Of a DNA stretch of 64,000 nucleotides, positions 1 to 12,300 are shown one piece after another. A model generated the notes under the pieces. It saw only the letters and a program-made list of their open reading frames with translations. It did no database searches and had not been told where the DNA came from. How positions within the stretch are numbered: the stretch's first letter is position 1; every line of letters begins with the position of its first letter. The position numbers and the translations under genes are program-made. The stretch comes from Eledone cirrhosa (Eukaryota), in the NCBI GenBank assembly GCA_964016885.1, contig OZ024740.1, forward strand, positions 99,262,001 through 99,326,000. The letters run 5' to 3'.

Positions 1-30
1 ATATGTATTGAAAAATGTTGAACTGCTAAT

Positions 31-330
31 TCACAAAAATAGTATATTTCCCATGTAATAAATGTTCATACTTGAAAAAAATATTAAATTATTCATCAGC
101 TCTAAAACTTCATTAACATTTAGAAACAAGTTTTGGTCATTATAATTTACATAATTAACAATAAAATATGCTAAGGGATATAACTCAAGAGAGCCAATGG
201 CATGAGTTTTGATAATTAATTTAAAAGGTGATGTACTGAAAGCTGTGTGCAAATAATTATTAATTAATTGAAGTTTTCCTCTTAGGTAAGAGAAAAGAAA
301 CAAAAACAGATTTCATCTAATTAAGAATGA
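31..330 (-). pseudogene. Highly degenerate Penelope-like RT remnant
   Basis: ORF 31..303 has KTHAIGS..PLAYF and NEVLELMNNL..F..M..ILFL, weakly resembling PLE RT motifs; a hammerhead motif lies nearby at 501-546. Confidence 0.3.
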
Positions 331-500
331 TTTGCATATAGCACTCAATACATTGTTTTTTATCTTGATTATCCAAATTAATGCCATTGGTCGATTTGTA
401 ATATTTCTTTTTAATTATCCAAATTATACAGACCAAAAATTGTTAGTATCCCTTTTTCTATATGTAAAACTCCTGTCCAATGCAAGTTCTGTTAGTCTTC

Positions 501-546
501 ACTACACTGATGAAGTCTAGTAGACTGAAATAAATAAATCCATAGT
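501..546 (+). ncRNA. Degenerate type I hammerhead ribozyme motif
   Basis: CTGATGA (507-513), perfect stem II agtct/agact, GAAA, ATC triplet; stem I actaca/catagt is explicable as CpG-decayed actacg/cgtagt. Confidence 0.5.
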
Positions 547-941
547 TGTTCCCTGCCTGAAAGAAAAAATTAGGATTGTTCTTTCTTTAACCATATAAAG
601 TAATTTGAGAAATTTGTTCTTAATTTCTTGACATTATCTCCTTTTTCTTTGAGTATTGTTAAAAATGTTGGGCATGAATATCAATTAATTAAGTTGCCAA
701 ATAAAAGCATGTTATGCATATTAGACTCATATAATCAGTCCAGTTTTGGTTTGTTATAAAATAGATAGGGATTTGTTAAATAATCCTTTTGTAGGTAGAA
801 GTATATGGAAACTTGTTTTCTAATGAACAACCAACTGGCTGTGAAACATGTAATTGAAGTATTGTATGTGTTTCTGCATATGAAGAGAAGATGAAGTACA
901 TTGATATTTGCTGTTTTTTCCACTTTTTGAAACTATAGTTG

Positions 942-1134
942 TAATAATAATAATTGTTTCTACTTTAGGCACAAGGCCAGCAATTACCCAGAGTGCATTA
1001 CTGGTACTTTATTTTATCAACCCCGTAAGGATGAAAGGCAAAGTCAACCTCGGCGGGATTTGAACTCAGATCGTAAAGGGACGTAACTATGCTGGAAAGC
1101 ATGGCGTCCAACCCTCTACCGATACTGCCAATCC
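942..1134 (-). mobile_element. tRNA-derived SINE (main family of window)
   Basis: Minus strand has A-box TGGCAGTATCGG, B-box GAGTTCAAATCC, body gcctttcatcc..ataaaataaagtaccagtaatg and (ATT)n tail; many related copies in window. Confidence 0.9.
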
Positions 1135-2115
1135 AGTGCTCAGGTGCACTACAACTCATCAAAAGTGTATGTATAGTACATAGGGTAATGTACAAACGTC
1201 AGGAAAATGAACAGTGCATGAATCATGATATACACATGTGTTCATGTGTATGGAAGGGGTACATCAGGTGTAGTTTTGGCGTATTTCGGGAAGCATGAGG
1301 GTTTTAAAGGATGTAGTGTCTCGGCAGCTAACAACTGACGCAGGCAGTTTGTTCCATGCTTCAGCAACTCTGAGTGTGAAAAAATGTTTACAAAAGTCAT
1401 GGGAGCTGTGCTGTTTTCTGATTTTGTAGGCATGTCCACGTGTGTTAGACACATGGAGATCAAAAAGGTGCTCAGGGTTGTTGTTCGCGAGATGGTTAAT
1501 AACTTTGTGGGTGTTTACCAAGTCCATTGCCAGACGTCGGACCTTCAATGAATCCATGCCCAGGGAAGCAATGCGTTCAGATTATGATAGGTGTCTGAAG
1601 GAGGGTATGCGCTTGGTTGCACGTCTCTGAACAATTTCCAGGAGGTCAATGTTCTGAGCAAGATAGGGGTTCCAGACTGATGATGCGAATTCCAAGTGTG
1701 GTCGTACCATAGCTGTATACAGCTTTAAATAGATGGCTGGAGAGCGGCTAACAAAGGTCTTGCTGAGTGATGCCAAGACACCCTCGGCCTTCTTGACAAT
1801 CTTAGAGACATGCTTTGTCCAACGTAAATCACTGCTGACAGTAATGCCCAGGTCACGTTCACAAGAGGACTTCTTGATATCAGTGTTGTGGAGGGAGTAT
1901 GTGGACGCTGGATTTTTCCTTCCAAAATGCATGGTGGTACACTTGTCCACAGCCAGCTTCAGTTGCCTGTCTGTGATCCATTGCTGCATTGTGTCCAGGT
2001 CTGATTGTAGGAAAGAGTTGTAGGTTTCAGGATCAGTCCTTTTGATTTCAAGGTACAGCTTAATGTCATCTGCATATTTCAGTACCGTGGCATTCTTTAA
2101 GTTGGCATCTATTGT
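1135..2115 (-). mobile_element. 5'-truncated CR1/L2-group LINE (RT C-terminus plus 3' UTR)
   Basis: KYADDIKLY, ERDLGITV, LYTAMVRPHLEFASSVWNP, QRRATK, FFTLRVAEAWNKLP; ORFs 1582..1989 and 1264..1557 are the same frame split by one stop. Confidence 0.9.
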
Positions 2116-5057
2116 AGTTACATTAAATTTGTGTTGTGCTTAAATATCATTTATTATACTCACATACATAAATAAATACATACATATATGCATGCATTCA
2201 TACATATATACATTCATCCATATACACACTCAAACACATATCTATATACACTCATATTACATATGTTTGTGTGTTGTAGTTTTCGTTGAGAACAACTCTT
2301 CGAAGAAAGATGATAAAAATAAAAATGTAAAATATATTGAGAGAAATAGGTGTGTATCTGCCTGGAGTACTTTGGTGGATGAAATTGCTTTTCTTATAAT
2401 AATGCAATAACTGAGCCACCTTAACAAATTCCATTCTTTGTTCCTATTTTCATTACATGAAATCATTTCATCTATTATGCTCTTTCCATTAATTCCACAA
2501 ATGGCAGGTTAATAGTTTCAATATTAATCTATTTCGAGTTCAGCAGCTTTTTCCTCTTCCTCTTACATAGGAAATATAATTATTTCAACCAAGATGCTTG
2601 TATATAATTATTTCAGCCTAAAACAACTGTATGGTATTTTCAATAAGAGATGTCTGTCGTGTATCACAAGAATTTATCGAATTAGTTCAAACTTCAGAGA
2701 AGAGAATATGTTTACGTATGTAATATGTACATTTTACTTCTATCTCTTAATACAACTAAGCAATATCTTCTGCTATACAAGAAAAGCAATATCACATATG
2801 TTTAGTACATTTCATACAGTAGAATAACTTATTTAGTATGATTTTTCTTGTTTTTCCTGTACGATAGATACATAGACTCAGATTTATATGAAAGGATATT
2901 GTTCAACCCCAGGTCAACCATAATCGAATAAACCTATGATCTAGATCATTCGAGGCATGACAACTCCATTTTCAGATATAGTGTATCAAGAAAAATAATA
3001 TCCAATGTGTCACTTCACACTTTTCAATATTTTCTTGTTAATTTAGTTTGGGGAAAACACTTTCAAAACCAGTGAAATTGATGTTATTAATGATCCTCCT
3101 AAACAGCTATATGTTGGGGAGTACAGGAAAAGAATGGACAGGGAGGGTTTACAGATTTTGGACAGGAATGACTGGGTGTAGTAATTAGAGTGAAGCCTGG
3201 AGGTTGTGACCACAAGATGTGGTACAAGATTAGCTAGTTCCACTGAGGTCACTCTAGTGGCAGTAGAAAGGGCAGAGATTATATCAGCACATCTGTTGAC
3301 CAGAGGATAGTTGGTTTTCTAGTGACTTCATTTTATCAGTTGAGTGGCCTTTGTTCGTGTATCATCTAGAATTTACATATGTCTAGTAGCAACAACATTC
3401 CATATGTGAGGGCATTATTCCATTGTCAAATATTAAGATCCTAACATGCTGATATAATTTAGCACAAAATATTTAAACATGGCTTAATTAATTCATGTTT
3501 TTATAGTACCCTTACTAGTAAACAGATTGCTGTGAAACTTTGCAGTAAACAAAAGTAAAGACTTCAACTTTTAATGCAATCCAGTTATAGTGATGTGTTG
3601 TTCTTGTGCTTTCTTGTGCTACAGGACATTAAGTGTTTGTATTTACAGGTTATAAAATAGAAAGGCCAGTCTTTGAGAAGTAGTCTTGCTACGTTGGGGA
3701 TGTGTTGTCACCAGGATAATCTTGAGTGATGGTCAGGCCTAGCATTTAATGTGATCAGGATGTGTCTAGATGTGTGGGATTCATATTGATATAGTGCAGG
3801 ATGTGTAATGTTTTCTTCATACATACAGAGATTATTTATTTTTATCTATTGCTAGAACCTTCAGGATAATATATTTATAGCTTCTCTTCATGGAGAAGGT
3901 GGAGATTTAATGTGAAGTGAAGAATGCGGATTGTGTTTCAGTGTGAAACGTTAGATAAGAATGAGGAATACTAAAGAAAAGGAGTTGTAAGTTGGGGTAT
4001 TCTAGCTGGTTGTAGTGATCATGAACTTTCAACAAGGGAATTATATATAAACAATGGACCAAGAAAATCTACTCTGCTACAATTTTGGATATGGAAATCA
4101 TACATCAATTTTTCCTCAAAACATATTCTAATCACTGAAGTTATACAATGTTGATCCTAATTACAACTTAGATGACTAACTGTTTGTGGAACATAGATGG
4201 TTTAAGCTCCTTTTAGATTTAGTTGAATCTAACCAGTGACAGCATGGAAAGGAGATGAAAAATGACGATGATGATGATGATAATAACCTCTGAATATGAT
4301 CTAAAGGACATGGACAACAAGTTTGTAAAATATTAATGTACTCATGTTGAAGGAAATTAAGGTGATTTTCATTGTTGTTTTTGTCTTTAAGATTAAAATT
4401 TGATTTATATTAATTAACGTGAATTATCCCCATATTTATAAACAACAGACTTTCTGTATTATAATTTTTTTTTGTCCACTACTTATTGACAAATATATTT
4501 GAACTACTGGGTTTCAAAATAATCGTCGCTCATGCTTATTAATTTTTCGGATTCCCTCCACTTATTAAATTTTGCTAATCTATCTTCGGCAAAATATTAT
4601 TTTAAGTGGTAGCATTCCTGTGACAACTAATTTTCTATATCTTCTTCTTCACCTATTTATTCCTAAGTGGGTGATGGGGCAGAGTCCTCATCAGAGAAAC
4701 ACTCCACGCAGAGCTGCGCTACTTCTCCGAATTGAGATATCACAGCTCTGATACTATGGGCAATTTTCTTTATACATTAAAAAATGTTATACATGATAAA
4801 AATACATTCTGTGAAATCCTATACATTATAAAATAAATTGGAAGGGTTGCGGTTTCAATATATAAATTAAATGACTAATTCTGGTTTTATAAAAAGAATC
4901 GACGGAGACAGCCTAGAAAATTAGTGATTTTCCACCACTGCCCCTGCTTATTCCCCCCAATTCCCGCTTAACCCCCCCCCCCCCATTATTTGAGACCTAA
5001 GTGTACTTTCTGTCATCAATTGGAATATCCAAATAATAGAGTAAATGTTTTTGAAAA

Positions 5058-5200
5058 TATAATTGTTTCTACTATTAGCACAAGGCCAGCAATTATCCAG
5101 TATATTACTGGTACTTTATTTTATCGACCCCGTAAGGATGAAAGGCAAAGTTAACCTCAGCGGGATTTGAACTCAGAATGGCAAGGGCCGTAACTCTATG
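5058..5200 (-). mobile_element. SINE copy, 5'-truncated
   Basis: Matches 942-1134 including B-box. Confidence 0.85.
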
Positions 5201-5944
5201 CGTTTTTGAAAATATAATAATGTTTATTTATATTTTACTTTTTACCAAATTTGATATGATATCTAACAACTTAACTATCATATCTAGTATATCTAATTAT
5301 ATTAGAATTGGCATCACTTCTAATTACCTCCGTTTCCCCAGTCATGTTTGTACCATATGCAAATGAGCAACTCTAGTCAATGTTCTTAAGTGAAAATCAT
5401 ATACATCTTAGCCAATTTTTCTCAGTATTGAGTGAAAAAAATGTCACTGATAACAAAATAAAAATCCAGAAATAGTTGTCTCACATTTTCACCACTACTG
5501 AGATAGCAGTGACATGATCACAGCTAATAGAACTATAATTTTTTAATTACAATCCTCATCTATGAAGAAATTGAAGCATGAAATGTAAACACATTCAACT
5601 AATCCACCGTACACAGAAAAACAGAGTATTTCAATGCATTTCAGCCATTACTCTGTCCTTATCACATATTCATTTTACAGATAAGATAAGACTTTTAACT
5701 AAAGTCTGATAGTTATATATATGTTAAGTTTATCTTAAATCAACATATATTTGTAAGTATGTTGAGAGATAGCTACATAAATTGATAGATAGAAAAAGAA
5801 AGATTAACATAAATTGACATAGAACACTTTTGAAATTTTAACCTGTGGCTTCTTTTATTTCAATTTTTAATCGTGGCATTGTAGTGTTTGTGTGTGACAA
5901 GATGAACACAAAATGCTGTACAGTTATAATATAAATTATTATTA

Positions 5945-6116
5945 TGGACCCTTACATTTTCAGTTCAAATCCTGCCAAAATTAGCTTTATCTTTCATCCT
6001 TACAAGATCGATGAAATAAAATACCATTAATGTACTGGGGTCGATTTAATTGACTAACCTCCTCCCACAATTGTTGGCATTTTGCCTAAATCAGAAACTA
6101 TTATAGTTATTATTAT
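5945..6116 (+). mobile_element. SINE copy (long subtype), diverged
   Basis: cagttcaaatcc..ctttcatcc..ctggggtcgatttaattgact..cctaaatcagaaac plus tta tail. Confidence 0.75.
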
Positions 6117-6489
6117 TGATTCTTTTTAATTCTGCTTTTCTCATATCTTTCCAAGTGTCAACCTGACACCTGGGGCAACATCTTGTAATGCATACATTTT
6201 AAAATGAATTAGCATACAAATCATGCCATAATGGCATAAACTACAGTAAATGTCTTTGCAAGGTATTTAAATTGATAATGGACCTCTCAGAATAAGGACA
6301 GAGCCAGTCAGTCCTATTTTCTGTATGTGTTGCAAAGATCACTTTCCAGATATCTGGTCGAAATAATTTCCAGTTCCCCTTTTTATCATTCGAGGTACTC
6401 CAACTATCACTGGTATTGTACAAGTTTTAAGATAATACTTTTCCTTAGATTCAATTGTCAGATCTATATATTTACTGAGGTTTCAGAAC

Positions 6490-6542
6490 TCTTTCTTCTC
6501 CTTCTTATTCTTATTCTCCATCTTCTTCTTCTTCTTTTTTTT

Positions 6543-6600
<58 letters not shown>
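6490..6600. repeat. (CTT)n followed by (TTA)10 microsatellite
   Basis: Direct reading; abuts 3' end of R4-type element. Confidence 0.95.
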
Positions 6601-6601
<1 letters not shown>

Positions 6602-7490
6602 AGTTGCATTTATCTTGCTTTATGTTCATACGAGTTATTACCAAGTCACAACCAGTGACCTCAAGAGACAACAAGGTCCGCCATGTTCAATAAAGAACAT
6701 ACATATTCACACATTCATCTTTAGTGTTTAGACTTGTGATATACTTATATTGACAGAATCTTCCTTAGTATATGGGCAGTTCCCATTAGTACTATCTTTT
6801 GTATTTCTCCTATACGCGGGTTTCCTGGGATTTGCGATAAGTAATCATTAGACCCCTTAGGTATCATTCCCAGAGCGCCTACAACCACTGGTATTGTTTT
6901 AGTTCTCAATTTCCACATTTTTCCAATTTCTATCTCCAGGTCCTTATACGTGCTCAATTTTTCAAATGTTTTTATAGATACATTCTTGTCTATTGGAACA
7001 GACATATCAATTAGCAGGCATACCCTCTTTTGAAAGTCTTTCAATATTATATCAGGTCTGTTTGCATCTATTTTTCGGTCTGTTTGGATGCTAAAGTTCC
7101 ACAAGATTGAGATGTGATCTTTTTCAAGTATGGGAGGTGGTTGATGCTCCCACCAATTCTTTTGATGGGGCAGGTCAAAATGCTTACACATTATCCAATG
7201 TATGTATTGTGCAGCTCTGTCATGCCTGTTTAGGTATTCGGTTGGAGCTATAGGACTGCACATTGAAATTATATGGTCAATGGTCTCTGGTTGTTTTTTG
7301 CATACACGGCATAATGGGCTGCACCCATTTTTTTATTGTGTTGGCTTGGTAATTTTTTGTTGGCAGACACTGATCTTGTGCCGATATAATCAGTCCTTCA
7401 GTCTCCGATTTCAGTCCAGAGGATGCCAACCACTGATGGGTTAAAGTTTTGTCAACATCAGGATTGTTAGCTCGCTCTGGGTATTTTCCA
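6601..7490 (-). mobile_element. R4/Dong-type RLE non-LTR retrotransposon, family A, 3' fragment
   Basis: ORF 6745..7263 with RHD and RPDIILKD..LLIDMSVP..K..Y restriction-like endonuclease motif, VVGALG; near-identical to 16777-17665. Confidence 0.9.
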
Positions 7491-9276
7491 CCACCACCAC
7501 CACCGCGACAACCACCACCGCGACAACAGAAACAAAAGAAGAAAAAAATAAATTAACTCGTGATGTCGAAATGAAATCAAGCAAAATGGACTCTTCCCCA
7601 CCAAAGACGACTGACGTCACCACAACCACAACTGAAACTAAAATAAATATTAACACAAATAACGATAGCAACAACAACAACAATGACATTATAAAAACCA
7701 CCCTCAGTTTTGCCAGAGTAGCAAAACAGTTCGAAGCATTTACGGTAACTCAGGAGGATTTAGAAAATACCAAACAAATGGTAAAGAAAGATGGGTACAG
7801 GATCAGCCTCACCCCCCACCTAATAAAATGGAGCATCGGCGCCTATGCACCGTGTCGTATCGAACAATAAATGTAAAATCGCGCCGAGTGGAACGGGCAT
7901 CCGAGTCTCAAATCCAAAAAGCTTTGGGACATGTGTGGGCAAGAAAAATCCACATCAGACGTGGGCAGAAGTATCGAACCGTGGACGTGTTCTTTGAAAC
8001 ACCAGAGGAGGCTAGAGAACACTCCATGGCCCCATTAAGAAATGACGACTTCACACTCGTCCCAAGCTATTGTGGCCAGAGACTTGTAAAGATCAGGACG
8101 ACCCACGTTCTACCGGCCATCGAAATTCCCTGGCTAATAGCGGCCGTCCTCGCCGGCATCGAAGCCAACACAAAAATAATAGCAATAGCAAAAGAATAGC
8201 AGGAGAACTGGTCCGGATCTGGGATGGAGCTCCTGATCCAAGCGGACCAAAAAAGCATTGAGGAGATCCCAGAGGTAATAGACCTCACTGACGGCAGCCA
8301 CCTCACGGTAATTGTCGAGGGCAGAAGACCTAGGTGTGTCGTTTGTGGTGAAGGAACCCACCTAAGGGCTTTCTGCCCTCAGGCTAAAAGGTTGAGGCCA
8401 CCTCTCCTACCCACCCCAGTGACACAACCATCAACACCACCAGTAGCAGAGATGGCAGCAACAACTGTAGCAGCAACAACAGAAGCAACTATAACAGCAA
8501 CAACCCCAGCAACAGTAGCAAAACCAAAACACCACCACCACCACCAGCAAAACCAACACCACCACCACCCAACGCTTCAGAACTAGCACCAGCGCCTACA
8601 CCATCCACCACGCCACAACCAAAACTAACGGCTGTGGAGGATTTTCCACTCCCCGGCCTATCACAACTGGAGACAGATTGTGACGACGAGGAGTGGGAAA
8701 CGATATACGGAAAAAAAAAGAAACCAAAAAAGAAAAAATTCTCTTCCTTTCCCCTCCAAAAACAAAATACAGAGGGAAACAAATAAATTAAGAAACAAAA
8801 AAGTTAGGACAGATATGCCACCATCCACACCAGCATCACCAACCCCATCAACCCAAACACCAACACCATCACCATCATTAACCTCAACACCACCATCACC
8901 TACACCACAAAAGTCACCAAAATGCGAAACAGAAACAAACCCACAACAAACGCAAACAAAACAAAACAACCAAAACGATACACACTACACAGCATTAAAT
9001 TTGAACAACAAGCAATTATTACACTACATCCAACACAACACCAGCATCACAGTAAAAGACTACACAACAACCCCAAAATTCACACCACCTCCACACATAC
9101 AAATCACTCGCATCACACAGAAAACGTACATGACACTAAAACAAAAATTCCCCAAAGACATCGGAGACTTCCGACAAGCACTCTCCAGGAGGATTTATGA
9201 GGACATCCTTCCTGAGGAGGCCACAAGCAGTGAAAAAGATGGAAAAAACGTCCTTCCCCTACGAGAAGTAAGGTAA
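7491..9276 (+). pseudogene. Tx1 copy A ORF1 (RRM-like region, CX2CX4HX4C knuckle, Pro/Thr-rich), disrupted
   Basis: CVVCGEGTHLRAFC; split into ORFs 7571, 7828, 8224, 8680 by frameshifts and a stop; homologous to ORF1 of copy B. Confidence 0.8.
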
Positions 9277-9310
9277 GTGGTCTTTCCCATCTTTTCCACT
9301 CCTTTTCAAC

Positions 9311-12300
9311 ATGACCTCACTCAGAATAGGCAGCATAAATGCGCGTGGCTTGGGGTCGTCATGGAAGCAGGGCCACCTGCTCAACGACCTCAGGTCACTA
9401 AACATAGATGTAGTGGCCATCAGCGAGACCAGAATCTCCGAAGCACAGGCTTTCGCACCGATCTTCGGCGGCTACGATGTGTGCGCATCTCCCAGCCGTC
9501 CGGGATCGGGGGGAAGTGGTTGCTGTGCTTTTTCGGAGAGGTTTGGATCTTGCCATACGGGCCATCTTCCTGGACCCAGAAGGTAAGTTGGTGGTGCTGG
9601 ACGTGACCAGCGGTGACGGGAAAGCTTTCAGGTTAGTGGCCGTCTATGCCCCGACAGGAGCAGGGCGGCCTGATTTCTTCCGGCGTCTGGAGACCTTTCT
9701 TGGAACGTCCCGCTCTTTAGTGTTAGTGGGCGACTGGAACGGGATCTTAGATGCACGCTGGGATTGTGTGGGATTAGTGGATAGGGAAGGAGGGTGCAAG
9801 AGTCTCACCAACCTGCTCAGACGTTTTGAACTGTCTGACAGGTACCGAATGGATTTCCCGAATGTACCAATGTGAACTTGGACAAATCGCATAGGGTCAT
9901 CCAGATCATATCTAGATAGAGTATTTTGTAGGGAAATAGATAGGTCTAGCATAGGCTGTCCACAATTCAAGATAGTCAGCTACACGGACAACGAATTCGT
10001 GATCTGTGTGCTTGACTTAGATAGGCTTCATAGACGAGGACCCGGCTACTGGAAGCTAAACGCGTCCTTACCAGCGCGCAAGGACTACAGAGACCGGAGT
10101 AGCGAGCTAGTTAAGCGGGCGTTGACGGGGGCCATCGTCAACAACAAGTGGAGGTTTGCATTGAAAAGAGCAATTAGAATAGAGTCCATTAGGTTTAGTA
10201 AGACTTTAGCAATAGAGAAAAATAGAGCAGAGGGAGAATTAGTTAGAAAATTAGATGAGGCGCTTAGCAAAGGAATCGCGACCGACGTACTTGCGGCGAA
10301 ATTGGCCCTTGACCAATTCTTCAATGCAAAGCACGAAGGCTGCGTTGTCAGAGCTAGGGTGCGTGCTCTCAGACACGAGGGGACGAAAGCCGTTCAATGG
10401 GTCCGAGTGGCGGAGGCGCGTCGTGGCAACAAAGCCACGATCCGGTCTTTGGTGGACCACGACGGGCGCATGCTACTCGATCCCGGGCAAACGTGTGAAG
10501 CTTTTCAGCGACACTTCGCTCAACTGTTCGGGGGCAGTGGTGGGCCGGATCGAGGGATGGACTTTAGTGTCTACCTCGACGGACTGCCGCGGCTTTCGGC
10601 CACTGATGCGGCGTGTTGCGAAAAGCCGATAACAACCGCTGAAGTACGGGATGCAATGACTAGTTGCACAAGGGGTAAATCGCCTGGTTTGGATGGTCTA
10701 TCCTATGAACTTTACGTACAAATGCCAGACTTGTTCGGAGGCCTCTTGGCGGACGTCTACTGCAACTGGCAACAGAACGGGAGAATTCCCAGCTCTATGA
10801 GCCGAGGAGCGGTGGCGCTGCTGAGAAAGGATCCGAACAAGGGGGATAACATAGATAATTTTAGGCCCATAACTCTGCTAAACACAGAGTTCAAGATTTT
10901 GGCCAAGCTGCTAGCAAAGAGGTTGGCGCTTGTCGATGGTGGTCTGGTGGGAGAGGCACAGACATGCGCCATTCCCGACAGATCCATCCACGACAACCTC
11001 CACCTCATGCGATACATCGTAGAGAGGGTAGCTAGGGAACCTGGCACGGTGGGTCTTTGATCAATTTAGATCAGTCGAAAGCTTTCGATAGGATCGACCA
11101 TCGTTACCTAGCGGCAGTCCTGAGGGCGGCTGGCTTTGGGCCCGTCTTCAGAGGCTGGATCGCTGCCATGTACAGCGACATCTGCTCTGTAGTGAGAGTG
11201 AACGGTCACCTTTCGGAACCGTTCAACATCATGCGCTCGGTCCGCCAAGGCTGTCCCTTCTCGTCCCTATCGTACGTATTGACTCTCGAGCCATTACTGC
11301 ACAAACTGGAGACGCTGAGGGGGGTCCCGCGCGAACTAGGATGCGGAAGATCCGTGTCATCATATGCCGACGATGTCACCGTAGTGGTGTCGAACGCCAA
11401 ATACATCGAGGCAATCGGCACTACACTAAGAGAATACGAAGCGGTGACAGGAGCAATGATCAAAAAAGGAAAAGTCAGTGGGCCTGCAGAGGCACCTGGA
11501 GAGGCAGGTCCATGCCGTCCAACAGCGTCGTCGGGCGCTGGACGGACGGACCGGTTAAATTGCTAGGGGTCTGGTTCGGTCCAGACCTCCAGACGGAAAA
11601 AAACTGGGACGAGGTGACGAGCAGGGTGGCTTCTCTCACCCAGAAATGGGCCGAGAGGAAGCTATCCCTGAAAGGTCGAGCGGAGGTGGCGAATGCGTAC
11701 ATCGCATCCGTCATCTACTACCGCCTGACCGTCGTACCTTGTCCTAAGCCCCGCCTGACTGCGCTGGAGCGTTTGCTCTTTCGCTTCTTGTGGAAGGGAC
11801 GCGCTCCGATGGTCAGGCGGTCCATATGCTGTCAACACCCGCTACGTGGAGGGCTGGGCATGCCGTGGCTGATGATGCGCAGACACGCGCTCAGGCTACG
11901 ACATCTCCACCTCTTCCTCGACGGTGATCAGGTGTGGTCGCCGTTTGCTAGACACGTTTTTCCCCAGCTCGTCTCCTTGACGGAGCTGCAGTCCTGGGTC
12001 AAGCGAAGCCCGAGAGGTAGCGCTTGGAGACTGGAATGTCTTCAGGCGCTCACAGCCCTCGACCAATCGGGCAATGTGATCGGTGGAAACTCCACCTTGG
12101 CGTTCTATAGGGGATTAGTGGAGGGGAAGAGCGACGACGTACTTGGAGAAACTCTAGGCGTCGACGAAAATCAACTAGCCAATCTCTTCGGAAGGACTTT
12201 CGGCCCTGGGCCTATGGACAACTTCTAGAAATCCCTGGCCTGGCAGTGCTACCGGGGTGCTTTGCCAGTTCGGGATAAACTTTACAGGCATGGAGGTGCC

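Noticed and set aside
3260-4130. Possible very old Penelope-like RT relic on the minus strand
   Set aside because: Only faint motif traces; cannot be supported without a profile search
4670-4760. GC-richer island with CTGATGAG on the minus strand
   Set aside because: No correctly placed GAAA and stems for a hammerhead, and no convincing C/D snoRNA terminal stem
6327-6731. 134-aa hydrophobic ORF and similar poly-Leu/Ile/Tyr ORFs (16633, 27228, 61500)
   Set aside because: Translations of (CTT)n, (TTA)n and (TA)n microsatellites
7820-7870. Frameshift at a similar ORF1 position in both Tx1 copies (also ~22320), suggesting programmed frameshifting
   Set aside because: The lesions differ in position and sequence; copy B is explained by loss of a ccgta repeat unit; no shared slippery site
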